From: Catajapyx aquilonaris
Lineage: Eukaryota
DNA length: 61,162 bases
Reading direction: 5' to 3'
Assembly: GCA_000934665.2 (NCBI GenBank)
Contig: KZ538110.1
Span: 62,001 to 123,162 of the forward strand
Part shown: positions 49,701-60,783 of the stretch, in pieces
Numbering within the stretch: position 1 is the stretch's first letter
Layout: every line of letters begins with the position of its first letter
Made by a program: the position numbers and the translations under genes
The notes under the pieces: model-generated
Databases searched by the model: none
What the model was told of the DNA's origin: nothing
The model's input: only the letters and a program-made list of their open reading frames with translations

Positions 49701-51450
49701 TAGTGAGGCCACACACCCCTATTACCCATGCACTGGTATAAATGAACACAGTGCTTGTATTGGTGCTGCACCAGGTCATAAACAAATAGACCTATTCAGG
49801 GCCAATAAATTACAATAACATCATTAAAAATTTACGTACACAGAGCTTGGGAATATATGGAAAGTGAAATACTGTGCAATAACTGGCCAAGAAGGGAGAC
49901 GGAGTGGCGCCGCGGTAACGCGCGCGCCCACGGAAGTGAAGGTCCCGGGTTCAATCCCCACCCGGGGTTCCCACCTTCTTTCGTGCAGAGTTGGGCCATC
50001 TCTGGCTTCGTTTCGGGTGGCAATTTCCGATAGACTAAGCCACCCGGGGGAGTTCACAAAATGACCACTACTCGACAGCGCACACGCACTTTGCACATCC
50101 CCTCCTAACAACCTTGGAGCATAATAATAAGATCCTTCTTAACACGCTCCAAAAAATAATTCCGATGGTGGTAATCCACCCCCCATATATGCGCAATAGA
50201 TATGGGGTAATGCAAACAAACAAACAAACAAACAATAACTGGCCAAGAAATATCAAATTTGGATGGCTGGGAGAACATTTCAACATTGGTTATACCTCTC
50301 AGTTTTCCAGGAGGTTGGGAACTCATGATATTCAGTTTTCCGATCTGAAAAATTCAGATTCCTCTCAGCTGCCTCACCATTCCATGTAGCCATGGCTGCT
50401 GCTGGCTCTCTCGACTAGAATTGTGACTAGAGTGGGACTTGAAGTGGAATACTGGTGGGAATCTCACATGGCTGCTAGGTCTTGTATCCTATCCGGAGAA
50501 ACAATGCATAAGTTGAGTCAAATATTATGTAATTTATACATGTATTACTATAAGTAAACTGTAAAGTATTGGGGCCTGCCACTGTGTCTGAGGAGTATGT
50601 GGCATATAAATTTTCTCTAAGAAAATTTACGAAAAACAAAAATATTGCATAACTTTTCCTGCCCACCATGTCCGCAGAATCGGTGTTTTCACGGAATTCC
50701 TCTTCAGAAAACCCTTAGTCTCTCTCTTAGTAAACTACACAGATGTCACATAAATAAGGATCTCAATTTAAGTCACATTTACATGTAAGCGATTTGACAA
50801 GCGAAGCAGAGCAAAGTAACCAATATTGTTTGAGGTGAAAGTAACAATCGATTTTTGCTTCAAACAATACTGGTTACTTGGATTACTCAGCAATGTCACC
50901 ACTCTGCGAAAACTTCGCTTGTCAAATCGCTCACTTGTAAATGCAGCTTTATGCATAGCTCAACTACTGATCAGCTTTTTAGAAAAGAATGGAATGACTT
51001 CTGGTGCGTTATGGCTTATGTCGGGTTTACAGGCCATTCGCCGAATCAATTAGGAAACAGTACCTGCGGCTTGCTGACCCTTTGAATCTTTGTTTTGCTA
51101 CTGGGTTTGAAGTTGGGGGAGTGACCAGGGACCCCGGAATTAATTCCTCAAGCTGAAGCAGAATGCAGATGGGAGCATTGTTGTCATTGTTGCCGAATCG
51201 TATGTTGCTAGGTGATGAACAAACACAACGATGAAAATGTGGAAATCGTGACTAATTGATTCGGCGAATGGCCTGTAAACTCGACTTCAGCCGTTATTTG
51301 ACATGTGGATAATTCGGGATAATTTCAACCTTAAATGTTGCATACAGCGTACTAACAAGTGCGAGTAACCTACATTAGCAATACGAGTTCAGTTCCATTC
51401 CAGACCTTATTACCTGCTGAAAAATGACACTTACTGTTGTTGAACAGCAT
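37788..51450 (-). CDS. DYNC2I2: Cytoplasmic dynein-2 intermediate chain 2 (WDR34), ~502-509 aa
   Basis: Exons 51435(or 51414)-51450 (tentative), 50296-50344, 47159-47243, 45926-46147, 45634-45868, 45361-45574, 44959-45310, 39613-39818, 37788-37917, GT-AG and phase-consistent. Diagnostic segments: FPTSWKTER, EEGTCQT, LAAFLRRV, VSSVSWS, CIQFHPT, PHVGAVLQVRYSPF, VQWSPVKPLLF, LAVGDAAGRLRVW. The first coding exon is the least certain. Confidence 0.87.
38355..38648 (-). mobile_element. tRNA-derived SINE family D
   Basis: Head GGGCGGCATGGTGGTCTAGTGG..GTTCAAACCC; A/T-rich tail; TSD TGCTCTAGTTT at 38344 and 38654; sits inside a hAT-like MITE. Confidence 0.78.
39856..40440. mobile_element. hAT-like MITE containing a mariner-like MITE (39935-40332, ~115-bp TIRs)
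   Basis: Outer CAGGG..CCCTG with perfect 8-bp TSD GTCTAGGG; inner C(T/A)GGGTGGTCCAACTTCAAGTGTCG TIRs with TA flanks. Confidence 0.82.
41345..41708 (+). mobile_element. tRNA-derived SINE family E
   Basis: Homologous to 27546-27896; 14-bp TSD AATATGC(A/G)ACACAC at 41331 and 41709. Confidence 0.88.
41728..42340 (-). mobile_element. 5'-truncated LINE 3' end (RTEX/L2-like C-terminal CCHC region)
   Basis: Frames give RMLACFRLGARWLP and CSLCYQGNMGEWYHLWWKC (CCHC knuckle); ends in AATAAA followed by (ATTG)n on the - strand. Confidence 0.7.
43124..44780. mobile_element. Foldback element (~545-bp arms) with a pogo-like MITE (43670-44266) at its centre
   Basis: GCTATGGACAGGTAGATTCTC / GAGAATCTACCTGTCCATAGC ends; the arms pair continuously up to the inner CAGTGAAACCTGTCTATAACGGACCC TIRs with TA flanks. 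Confidence 0.85.
47647..49248. mobile_element. Nested cluster of Harbinger-like/palindromic MITEs
   Basis: Elements ~47743-49194 and 48029-49170 (TGA TSD), plus palindromes 47799-47963 and 48226-48884. Confidence 0.8.
49330..49485. mobile_element. Harbinger-like MITE
   Basis: GGCCTGTTTCCACCAGCATAAT / ATTATGCCGGTGGAAACAGGCC. Confidence 0.7.
49894..50232 (+). mobile_element. tRNA-derived SINE, family B head with family E-type tail
   Basis: 17-bp TSD CAATAACTGGCCAAGAA at 49877 and 50233; (CAAA)n tail. Confidence 0.88.
50771..50948. mobile_element. Harbinger-like MITE (same family as 27423-27953)
   Basis: TTA flanks; reverse-complement homology with the 27.4-kb copy. Confidence 0.78.
51012..51293. 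mobile_element. Harbinger-like MITE in the first intron of WDR34
   Basis: ~43-bp TIRs (..GTTTACAGGCCATTCGCCGAATCAATTAG), TTA TSD. Confidence 0.78.
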
Positions 51451-51524
51451 GGTAACACAGCGTAGCCATGGAGACTTATCGAGTCGGGGGCTCAATAAAT
51501 CGATTTTTGTTGTTTGTATCGATA
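51443..51524. promoter_or_regulatory. Bidirectional promoter elements between WDR34 and MRM2: RFX X-box, X-box half-site and DRE
   Basis: GTAGCCATGGAGAC (51462-51475; GTCTCCATGGCTAC on -) fits the GTYNCC-AT-GGNAAC X-box with one mismatch; ATGGTAAC half-site at 51449-51456; TATCGATA (DRE) at 51517-51524. Confidence 0.6.
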
Positions 51525-52010
51525 TATCATTGCACTGATTCAAATCATTCACTAATAGGTTTGAAACGGCTTAAAATTTCCCACGTGTGGTGCACCATTT
51601 TGTATCTAAATACTAATAAAACCATTTAATTTTCATTATGTGGGTTTATAATGGCATTTGAAGAAGGGTCGGAGCCATGGTCGGAGCCGTGGGAGCACGG
51701 TTGCCAACTTCATTGAATCTTTGGCGCGTTTTGGCAGGTGGCGCTTGGGAGCACAACATGGCGGCATCGTGTGGGTGTGCAACTGTGCAACTGTGCTTAA
51801 AACTTGCCTGTCTCTTCCATCTCTGTCCTATTTCAGAGAAACGACTAAGTTGGTCCGCAGTGACTTGTACAGAATAATCATAACCTTCTTAACGCTGAGG
51901 AAATCATTTTATAACTTCTCTGACCTTTGCTAGAAACTTGCTTTGAATCATTTCTATTTGAAGTTTGAACGTGTTGTTCTCTCCGGTGTTGGTATTCAAC
52001 AGTCGGTAAC

Positions 52011-53191
52011 ATGGCGCAGAAGTGTGTACAGCTACTTCGCCTAGGAGCCATCCGAGTGCAAAACTCGCAAGTAAGCACGTCTTGTGTAATGGAAAGGAAG
52101 AAATTGGTGAATCCTAAGAAACATTCCAAGAGTTCCCAAGAGTGGCTTTTGCGCCAGCTGAATGATCCATATGTGGAGCGTGCCAAAATGGAAAACTACA
52201 GGTGTGTGAATTAATGGTTTATGGTACCTTCCTTGTCTCATTAATGTGCATTGTTGACAGGGCTCGAAGTGCCTTCAAGTTGATCGAGATGGACGACCGC
52301 TTTCAGTTTTTGTGTTGTGGACAACTAGTCATTGAGTGTGGAGCTGCCCCTGGAGCTTGGACACAGGTGCTTACAAAACGAATTAATGCTACCGGAACAT
52401 GTAAGTAACATTTTACAAAACCAGAAAATTGAGTTGGAAACTGCCTGGAATAAACAAATGTTTGGTTTTAATTCTCTAAAGGCTGACCACTGCTTATGTG
52501 ATATTGCACTTTTAAATCACAGATAGTTCCCTTTCATCATCAAAAAAGTGACGTAGTTGGCAGTGATTGAACTCAAGATTATAAAGTCAGGTAAAATAGT
52601 TTAGAAATTTGAATGCAGGAATCCAAGGACTAATGTGGCATGTTCTCTTGTAGGACATTTTCTCTCTCTTTATACTGCTTCACATTCAGGGTAGCATCCA
52701 GCTCAATGGGTTTTACCATTAAACTCAATGTGATAATGATTTAACATGCTAAACTTGCAGCGTTGGACAAGAGACATGGTCGAGTCATTGCAGTGGATCT
52801 CTTGCCTATGTATCCTGTAGAAGGAGCTGATATTATAACCATGGCTGACTTTACAAAGCCTGCCACCCAGCAAAAGATCCTTGAGCTGATGGGAAGTGCA
52901 AAGGCTGACATTGTTCTGACTGATATGGCACCAAATGCAACTGGAGTGGCTGAACTTGACCAAGACATCATAGTCAATTTAGTGTATTCTGCCTTTCGGT
53001 TTGCTGTGTTGGTGTCCAAACCCAAAGCACACTTTTTAGCAAAAGTGTGGGCTGGTGCAGGGGTGCAAAAGCTTCGAGAAGATTTGGAAAGGTTTTACAG
53101 CATTGTGAAAGAGGTAAAACCTCCTGCTAGTCGAGGAGATTCAGCAGAAATGTTTCTTCTGGCAAAGGATTTTAAGGGATTAAAAAGGTGA
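52011..53191 (+). CDS. MRM2: Mitochondrial rRNA methyltransferase 2 (RrmJ/FtsJ family), 253 aa
   Basis: Exons 52011-52201, 52261-52400, 52761-53191 (762 nt, GT-AG). Motifs [29 protein letters not shown] (SAM binding), [24 protein letters not shown] give the K-D-K-E tetrad. ATTAAA at ~53218. Confidence 0.95.
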
Positions 53192-53513
53192 TATGTTATG
53201 TAGTAGAGAAACACACCATTAAACATGCCCTGTTGAACTCAAGTTCTTGGATTATTTGTTAATTAGGTAAATTAACCTTTCTAACAATGAGAAAAGGACA
53301 GCATTCTGTGTCAGGTATGGTCATCTGCAGAATGAACCAATGCAGGCTGTGGTTAAGTGTGAGTCAGCTTTCTTTGGGTGAAAGTAAGTACAACATGGCT
53401 GCAATTAGATGGGTTCATTTCAGGAGATCACATCAAACTTGAGCAGTCTTCATATACAAGGGAATCACAATTTTTTTGGATCATCTGGGCCTGTAGTTGC
53501 ACATGTTTCAAAC

Positions 53514-56500
53514 CTAGATAGGCCCTCCCAAGCTGTGCAGGTACTCCAGAACAAATCGAATGTACAGGACCAAATTGGCAGCAGCCACTGCAGTCTGGTG
53601 GGCTGAGCAGCCATCATCCATCACAGCATCTTCTCTCTTAAATCTGGCACTTTCAAGGTTCCTACTACGCTTCACCCGGATCAACAGTTCCTCGTCAGTT
53701 TCCCAATCAGCTGGCAACCTGAAATAGTTTCTCCACATTACACATTGCTCATAGGAGGGGACTGGGACCAAATTGAATCAAATTAAATGGCAGCTCTTGT
53801 ATACTTGTGATGTTAAAATTATTTACATCAAAATCTCTGAATTCCTATGATCATTTAGGCAGGGAGAAGATTAGAAGATTGCCATGGCCATTCCCAATTA
53901 TAGCTCTTGATTATAATAATAATAATGGATACCCCGTGATAGGCCTCCTTGGGCCTCGTAGGGGATCATCTTTTGAATAACCATCTTTAATCATTGCATG
54001 CTGTGATGGATTTTGATTGCGGGAGGAAACGGGAGAACCCCGAGAAAACCCACGCGAACACGGAGAGAACCCATCGAAACTCTATCTACATAAGTATCCT
54101 CCGTCCAACCGGGGGTTCGAACTCGGGACCTTAGCGGTGGAAGGCTGAGGCGCTAACCACTCGGCCACCATGTCGCCCATATAGCTCTTGATTATTGTCA
54201 TTCACTAAAGGGCTGGCATTCCTTCTAAAGCAATTGAACTGTCATTAGGTGAGGCCTCATTTAGAACATGGTTGCCAAAGTAATAGGCCAATGAGGCTTC
54301 ATTTCCCTAGCTAAGGCCAGTGTTTGCAGAGTGTTTGGGGACTAATGGTATCCCTGCTGAGTTGATCTGGGCTTATACTGCAGCTACCTCCACTTCACTC
54401 AGTTCATGCCACAACTCTGCAGCCTCTGCCATTCATTTTGACCAAAATACAGGTCCAGTTAACTATTACCCTGTGTGGTACTGGTGATAGTCAGCAATGT
54501 TTCCAAAGCATCCAGTTGGGCGTTGCCAGCCAAGTATTTTCTGCAGCCAGTAGAAGGAGAATAAGTCCTCGTAGCCCCACATTCCACATAGGGCCGCTAA
54601 GACAAAGGCTGTTAATTTCATGTTGTTTGATAACTCTGACAATACAAATGTGCAATAACATCTCAGTTTTTCATGGTTATCATATGGCATTTTTAAACAG
54701 ATTCAGCAATGTAAAATTATGTAATCACTTAAATGTGGGGTCTGGCAAATAATAGTGGCAATGCTGCTGTCAGAACCAGAATGGCATGTATTGGCAAACA
54801 ATGATGCATAAATGTAAGTGACAACACTGGGCCCACCCAGACCATGAAATCCACCTACCCAGGCACTTCTCCCATTGCTTGTGCAGTGCAAAATCTGTTG
54901 TTGTTTCCAACAATGATGTCTAACAATTAAGCAATTGTTGTGATCACACTTTTAAAATTATGAACAGATAACTAAGTATCCAATGCATAATTGGACCATA
55001 GGGCATTTTTTTTTTTTTGGCCTTGCACATGCAACCTGAAAATCTCCAACTTGCTCATGAACATCTGAATCACTGGGGTGGTTGAAAACTAAGAGTGGTT
55101 AATTCTTTACCTTGATCATTGACATCAGGTGTTGTTGCTACCCAGTGGGAGCCCTTAAATCAGGTTTTCTTGTGATATGTGACATGAATTTTTAAATGCA
55201 TAAGTGTTTGTGCAATTTGGGGTGCCAATGGATGTGACTGCTATACATTTTTTTAAATGGACAAGTGTGAACTTTCTGTGAACACTAGTGTATTGAAATG
55301 GGGGATGATGTCACTACATGGCTGGATAGAGAGATGTTTACAACATTAAAACCACACTTGTGGACAAAAATGAAGATGTAGCACTAATGGGTGGTACAGT
55401 ACCAAGCTCTTGGTGGTACCAAGTAATGATAGTGAAGGGAGATATAAATGTTGAGTAACCAGAGTGTCAGTGGATAAATTGTCACAAGAACATCATACAT
55501 CAACTACGAACTCTAATTATTCCCAGTGTCGAATGCACGTGATGGTCCATAAATGCAGCACTAGGTCAAGATTATTGATAGTCTGGTCACTGCCAGGGTC
55601 TTCTTTCAGTTGTTGCCAACACTTTTGACGTGGATACCTCTTTAAAATTGGATCAGGGGGCATGCAGGCAAACTCGAGCGTTACAGAAAAGAGATACAGC
55701 AGGGCCCTGCCGGGGGGCCCATGGCGGGAGCATGCAGGCAAACTCGAGCGAGGAAAGCGCTACTGACACAGTCTATTTAACCGAGTCTGCTATAACCGAG
55801 TCTATTATAACCTATGCTTTTCTGTAACGCTCGAGTTTGCCTGCATGCCCCTGATCCGATTTTAAAGATGTATCCACACCTGCATGCCCCCGCCATTATA
55901 GTCGAGAAAAGTGAAACATAAAATGTAGGTTGAGCCCGCAAAAGCTGCGGGTTGTGCCCCCGACACAACCTAATGTAATTTTTTAGTACTGTACCCTTGT
56001 GCTACTTTCATATTCATCTAGGAGTGTTGCTCTAACTGTGTAATCCTAAAAGCCTCTTCCCAAAAGTACATGTGACTCCATTCCTCAACATTTTTGTACC
56101 GTGAGATTGTAATGTGAAGCTAAGAAAAGCTGTCATGGATGTGCCTAACAAGGTATTTTTACTCTGTTGAAGCAGTAAGATACTGTACTACTACTACTCT
56201 GTTCAGCACTTGTAGATTTTGCCATTTATACACTTCCTCAACTTGCCAAACAGTGTAAAAATGTGAAAGATGATGTCTTATCATACAGGCTTATCCATTT
56301 TTCTGAGGACTTATCCATGGATGTATTTGCCATCATGAGTCGGAGTCACTCGCGACAAGAGGTACACAATTTGTATTTATTCCATTGGACACAGAAATCA
56401 TCTGTGACCTGCCTGTACCTACCCTGCTCCATGAAGAGGTCATGTGACTCTCTGGGAAAATCAGTAGCCTCAATGTAATCCATCTCCTTTCTCACATTTG

Positions 56501-59490
56501 CACATAGGTGGTCTACAATTTTTCTGGGATCTTCTCCTGCCTTCTTTGCCATCACTGCATCACAACCCACCTGAAAATATGGAATTGTAAAGGAAAAAAT
56601 TACACTGACTCGTACTGTACAAAAATTAACTCTCAACACACCCTGCTTCCAATGAAGAAAAAGAGTACTTGGTGTGTTAAGGAGTAGCGACTGAAACCAG
56701 GTTTGGTCATCAAGTCCCAGCAGAGGTCACTTATGGTGCATCTAGTTGCATTCAGGTAAGATGAGCCAGTAAGTTGGCCAAGGCATTGGTCAGACATGCT
56801 CTCTTCCATCATTTCACCAGACAAAGCAGGCAAATGGTCATTTGCCAGGACTGGATTGGTTGAGCGTTTAGGAATGTATGATTCCCAAATGTTGACATCC
56901 ATCACCTTTCCGATATCTGGTCAAAACAGAACCAACTTATGCAAGAAGCCTGCTGTGCAAGTGGTGTGTGCAAGCAGTGGTTGTCACTCATACAATGCAC
57001 AACAATATTGAGATTTTTGTGGTCTCAACTCTCAACTGCAAAGGAAGCACCAGACCATAGTGAACCAAAATCGGTACCCAGGTAGCGCTTTAGATGTGGT
57101 CCAAAACACAACCCCATGCCATAACCTTTCCACCTGTCAGTCTGAAGCCTGAATATATTGGGGGCAGTATCCACACTTCTGGTGTGGAGGAAAATGAATC
57201 CAACATCATAGTGGAGCGGCAGATGCTTTGCAGTTGAGCATCAAAAAATATCCTTTAATTTCTTTGTTTATCCCCATGTGAAAAGCTACTGAGCAACCAT
57301 TCTGCACATCTTGTGTCCTTCCCCCAGGTCCTATTAGATAAAATGGATTAGATTTTTCATGAACCTTGTAAATCACTCATTTTTGATGTTTACAATTTCT
57401 TTTTGGGCATTGTTAATAAAAGGATGAAATTGAGTGAATAGTGGGGTTGGTATGGTCCCCCCCCCCCCCCCCNNNNNNNNNNNNNNNNNNNNNNNNNNNN
57501 NNNNNNNNNNNNNNNNNNNNNNNNNNNNNNNNNNNNNNNNNNNNNNNNNNNNNNNNNNNNNNNNNNNNNNNNNNNNNNNNNNNNNNNNNNNNNNNNNNNN
57601 NNNNNNNNNNNNNNNNNNNNNNNNNNNNNNNNNNNNNNNNNNNNNNNNNNNNNNNNNNNNNNNNNNNNNNNNNNNNNNNNNNNNNNNNNNNNNNNNNNNN
57701 NNNNNNNNNNNNNNNNNNNNNNNNNNNNNNNNNNNNNNNGGGGGGGTGTCGTTCGTCTCACATGTCCGTCTGCCCCCAAAGTCATCATTGTGATTTATGA
57801 GTTACAGCAACAATAGGTGTGTTGCCTGAACTCACAATGTAACATTTTCACGGGCAGGAAGCTGGCTTATACGAACTGACCATGTGTCATTGTTCTGAAA
57901 CCACCATAATTATCACCACATCCCTCCCTTTACATCTCAGAAAAATAAATAACTACGAGTGACTTTTGGAATGCTTGGGGCTTGCATACACTACTTCAGG
58001 TGGTCCTGGCATCCGATGAGTATTTGATACAAGCGGAATTTTGATAGGACTTTCTTCCTTACAGTCTAAGTCTTATTCGATCATTACCGGAAATAATCGC
58101 TTTATGCTATTTGCCTGCAAGCGGCACTGGATTTACCTTAGTGTCCGTTTGCCCCAGACTTCCCTTATTTTCGAAAATATTATGTTTGCGACCCCAATAA
58201 GTTTGAGAAGTAAGCACTGGTGAACTGTTGTAGGTCAGAGGATCATTTTACAGTACCAGGAGTTACTGTATCATTTTCTCCCCAAGCGCCATTACCGAGG
58301 CCTGCAATTACATGATTGTAAAATATCCTGGTAGGTATGCATCCCTCCAAGCGACCTTGCCTTTAAAAAAAAATTAGCTGTTACCATGGAATTTAAATTT
58401 AAATTGTGATCTCATTAGGTGTAGCAGGTAGTGTCCGAATAGATGGAAGTGTCGCAGTGTGTATCTGGTACTGTACTGTACATAAAAGAGGGTATAATGC
58501 AGCCTCTGTAGTCTATAATAATTATACTCTTTGGTGACGAAGCTTCGAAGATCAAATGACACCTCTACATACAGTGATCCTCTGGTGCCCAGAAGTTCAC
58601 CCTAGAACGTTGTCAGTATTATTACGAAACACTGGTTCCTTTCATCCTGACGCGTGGCTGCCCGCTCGACGCGACGGGACAATTCTTTTTGAACTGTTGA
58701 TACCTTGTACGGTATATAGGCCCTACTAGAGGACTGCAGTTCTCACACGCCCTTGCTCCTGCTATTCCCTAATACGCCATCTATCCAATAAAGGGTCTTT
58801 GTCATAATCGCAGTAATAGTGGATGCGATCCCCATAAGCTGCGGTAGTCCACCTGGACTCGGGAATGACTCACTGTCTTGTGAGACTCTTGAAATTTAAT
58901 ATCCTGAACATCATCATTTGAAATCCGGTGCTTATAGGCTCCAATTATGAATCCCCTCTCACTTCATGAATATCACTAATATAACCTGTTGTCCTATTTT
59001 ATTAACACCATGTGTATGTTTGGGAAGTGCATATCTTACTCTTATATGTATCCGGATAATTGGACCTGACATGTGTAACCACTTTCTTGTTCAGTAGACG
59101 AGCATCCAATTGCAGCCGTTCAATCAGTGGCACAATGTGTACGAACACGTCGGCGTCGGTATCCAAGAATCGGACGTAGTTGTTGAGCAGAGCCGTCAGC
59201 TGGCCTGCAAATCACATGCATAGCCAGGTTTGTCCAAACACCAAATCTAGCTAAACGCGTCACTTGCCTTCGACGATGGCGGTTCCCACTCCGGCATCCA
59301 CATTCATTTGCCCCACGTACTTGCCGTAGAACTTGAGAATGTGGCCCACAGCGTGCAGGGTGCGTCGAAGGAGGTTCAGGCCCCTGCCGTAGTCCTGCTG
59401 GACACGCCATGCATTCAGGTCAGAGGTCAAGGCAGCGGCCATCATCAGCGTGACTAGACTTGTGAGGACAACGGACTTCATCGCAGTCAT
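53514..59490 (-). CDS. UPF0764 / C16orf89-like secreted protein, 380 aa
   Basis: Exons 59268-59490, 59040-59204, 56642-56916, 56423-56570, 54470-54596, 53514-53718 (1143 nt); first intron GC-AG. N-terminal signal-peptide-like stretch; motifs MNVDAGVG, SDQCLGQL, CWDLMTKPG..YSLTHQVLFF, DLFMEQ, LCGMWGY, WLQKILGWQ..GCFG, DGCSAHQTAVA match the C16orf89 family. Confidence 0.88.
53915..54178 (-). mobile_element. tRNA-derived SINE family A (V-domain-like)
   Basis: Homologous to 14258-14515; (ATT)n tail; perfect 16-bp TSD TATAGCTCTTGATTAT at 53899 and 54180. Confidence 0.9.
55630..55877. repeat. Inverted repeat, probable MITE interior
   Basis: GTGGATACCTCTTTAAAATTGGATCAGGGGGCATGCAGGCAAACTCGAGCGTTACAGAAAAG and its reverse complement; GCATGCAGGCAAACTCGAGCG occurs three times. 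Confidence 0.7.
57473..57739. other. Assembly gap (267 N)
   Basis: Run of N bounded by poly-C on the left and poly-G on the right. Confidence 0.99.
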
Positions 59491-60783
59491 GTTTGATCAA
59501 GAAGCCTTCTTCTTTCTGATACAGAATAAGATGATGCGAACAAACAAAACTGCAATTTTTGACAAATGTGATGAAGGACAGCATCGTTATGCTACAGTCA
59601 ATATATTGTAGTTTATCGTATACAAGTGTAGATAGACGCTTGTGACTATGTGACCAGCAGATGAGTCTTTACATATCAGAAAATAAGGCACAATATGGCC
59701 ACATATTGTTCCTTATTCTTCCCAGACATAATTAATTAAGTAGGCCTGCAGCAGTTCCTTTTCAGGTGTTACATTTTTTCAACGAAATGACCATTGAAGC
59801 AACGCATGACTTCGGATAATAACAATGATGCCGGTTTGAAACATGACGTGCTACATTTGTTACATGCAGACTTATTAGAGCATCGTAGAGAATGACATGA
59901 ACACTTTGAACCTAATTTTTAATTAACTGACAGTACAATAAAATGCAGGAGGCTTCTGTTTCAATCGATAATATTTTGAAAGTTTTAATTCTGAAAGCAA
60001 TAATTAATAGAATTTCACATCAGAACGTCACTTACCGATTATTGCAAGTAGCATCAGATATGGCTTCGTGCAAACAATGCAATAGGATCTGTTGGCAATC
60101 AATTCTTATAGCCTACGTAGCCTGTATAGATTATGGTCTGCATGGTGGATGCGAACGGACTATAATAATGTCCGTCCTTGAATGAAGACGCGTACTGAGA
60201 ATTTTTGATATGCACGATATCACTTGAAGAGAGCAGCAGGCATCAATTGAGGAGTCAAGACTGACAACTGCCCTCAGATGTTCCGCTACGTAATGGCAAA
60301 ATAAATTATCATAACATGGACTTTACCCGCTTTGTGGACAGTATCGCCCAAGTCTGCCAAAGGAATGCACTTTTCAAAGTTTTCCTGCTCTCCAGTAGGT
60401 TAGGCTACTGTAAATAACAAGTAGCAACAAAAAAGACAAAAATTCCAATTACCAACAAAATGAAGACCACAGGGGAAAAAGGGGGAATGTCACAAAAACA
60501 ATGTGAGTGGGAAATCGAAAAAATGGATTTAATTCTTCCCGTGTCAAAAAAATAATAGTCAAAGACACCAAAGGGAATGAAACACAACTGCATAATAGTA
60601 TTGTAAACACAGCTGACGAAGTTAAATGTGCAAAATCATGAGCACCTCCCTATGTCAGCCAAAACCAGTTGCCAAGTACACATTTTTAAGGGGAAGAAGG
60701 AGGAACGTCCAAATAATGCCTCTTGGAGAAGTTCCTGCGATGGCATCATGTTGTTGTTGTTGTTGCCATCAACATTGGGAAAA

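Noticed and set aside
57390..57800. ORFs spanning the N run
   Set aside because: Artefacts of the assembly gap.
58010..58900. CpG-richer intronic stretch as a possible nested gene
   Set aside because: All six frames are interrupted and no motif was recognised.
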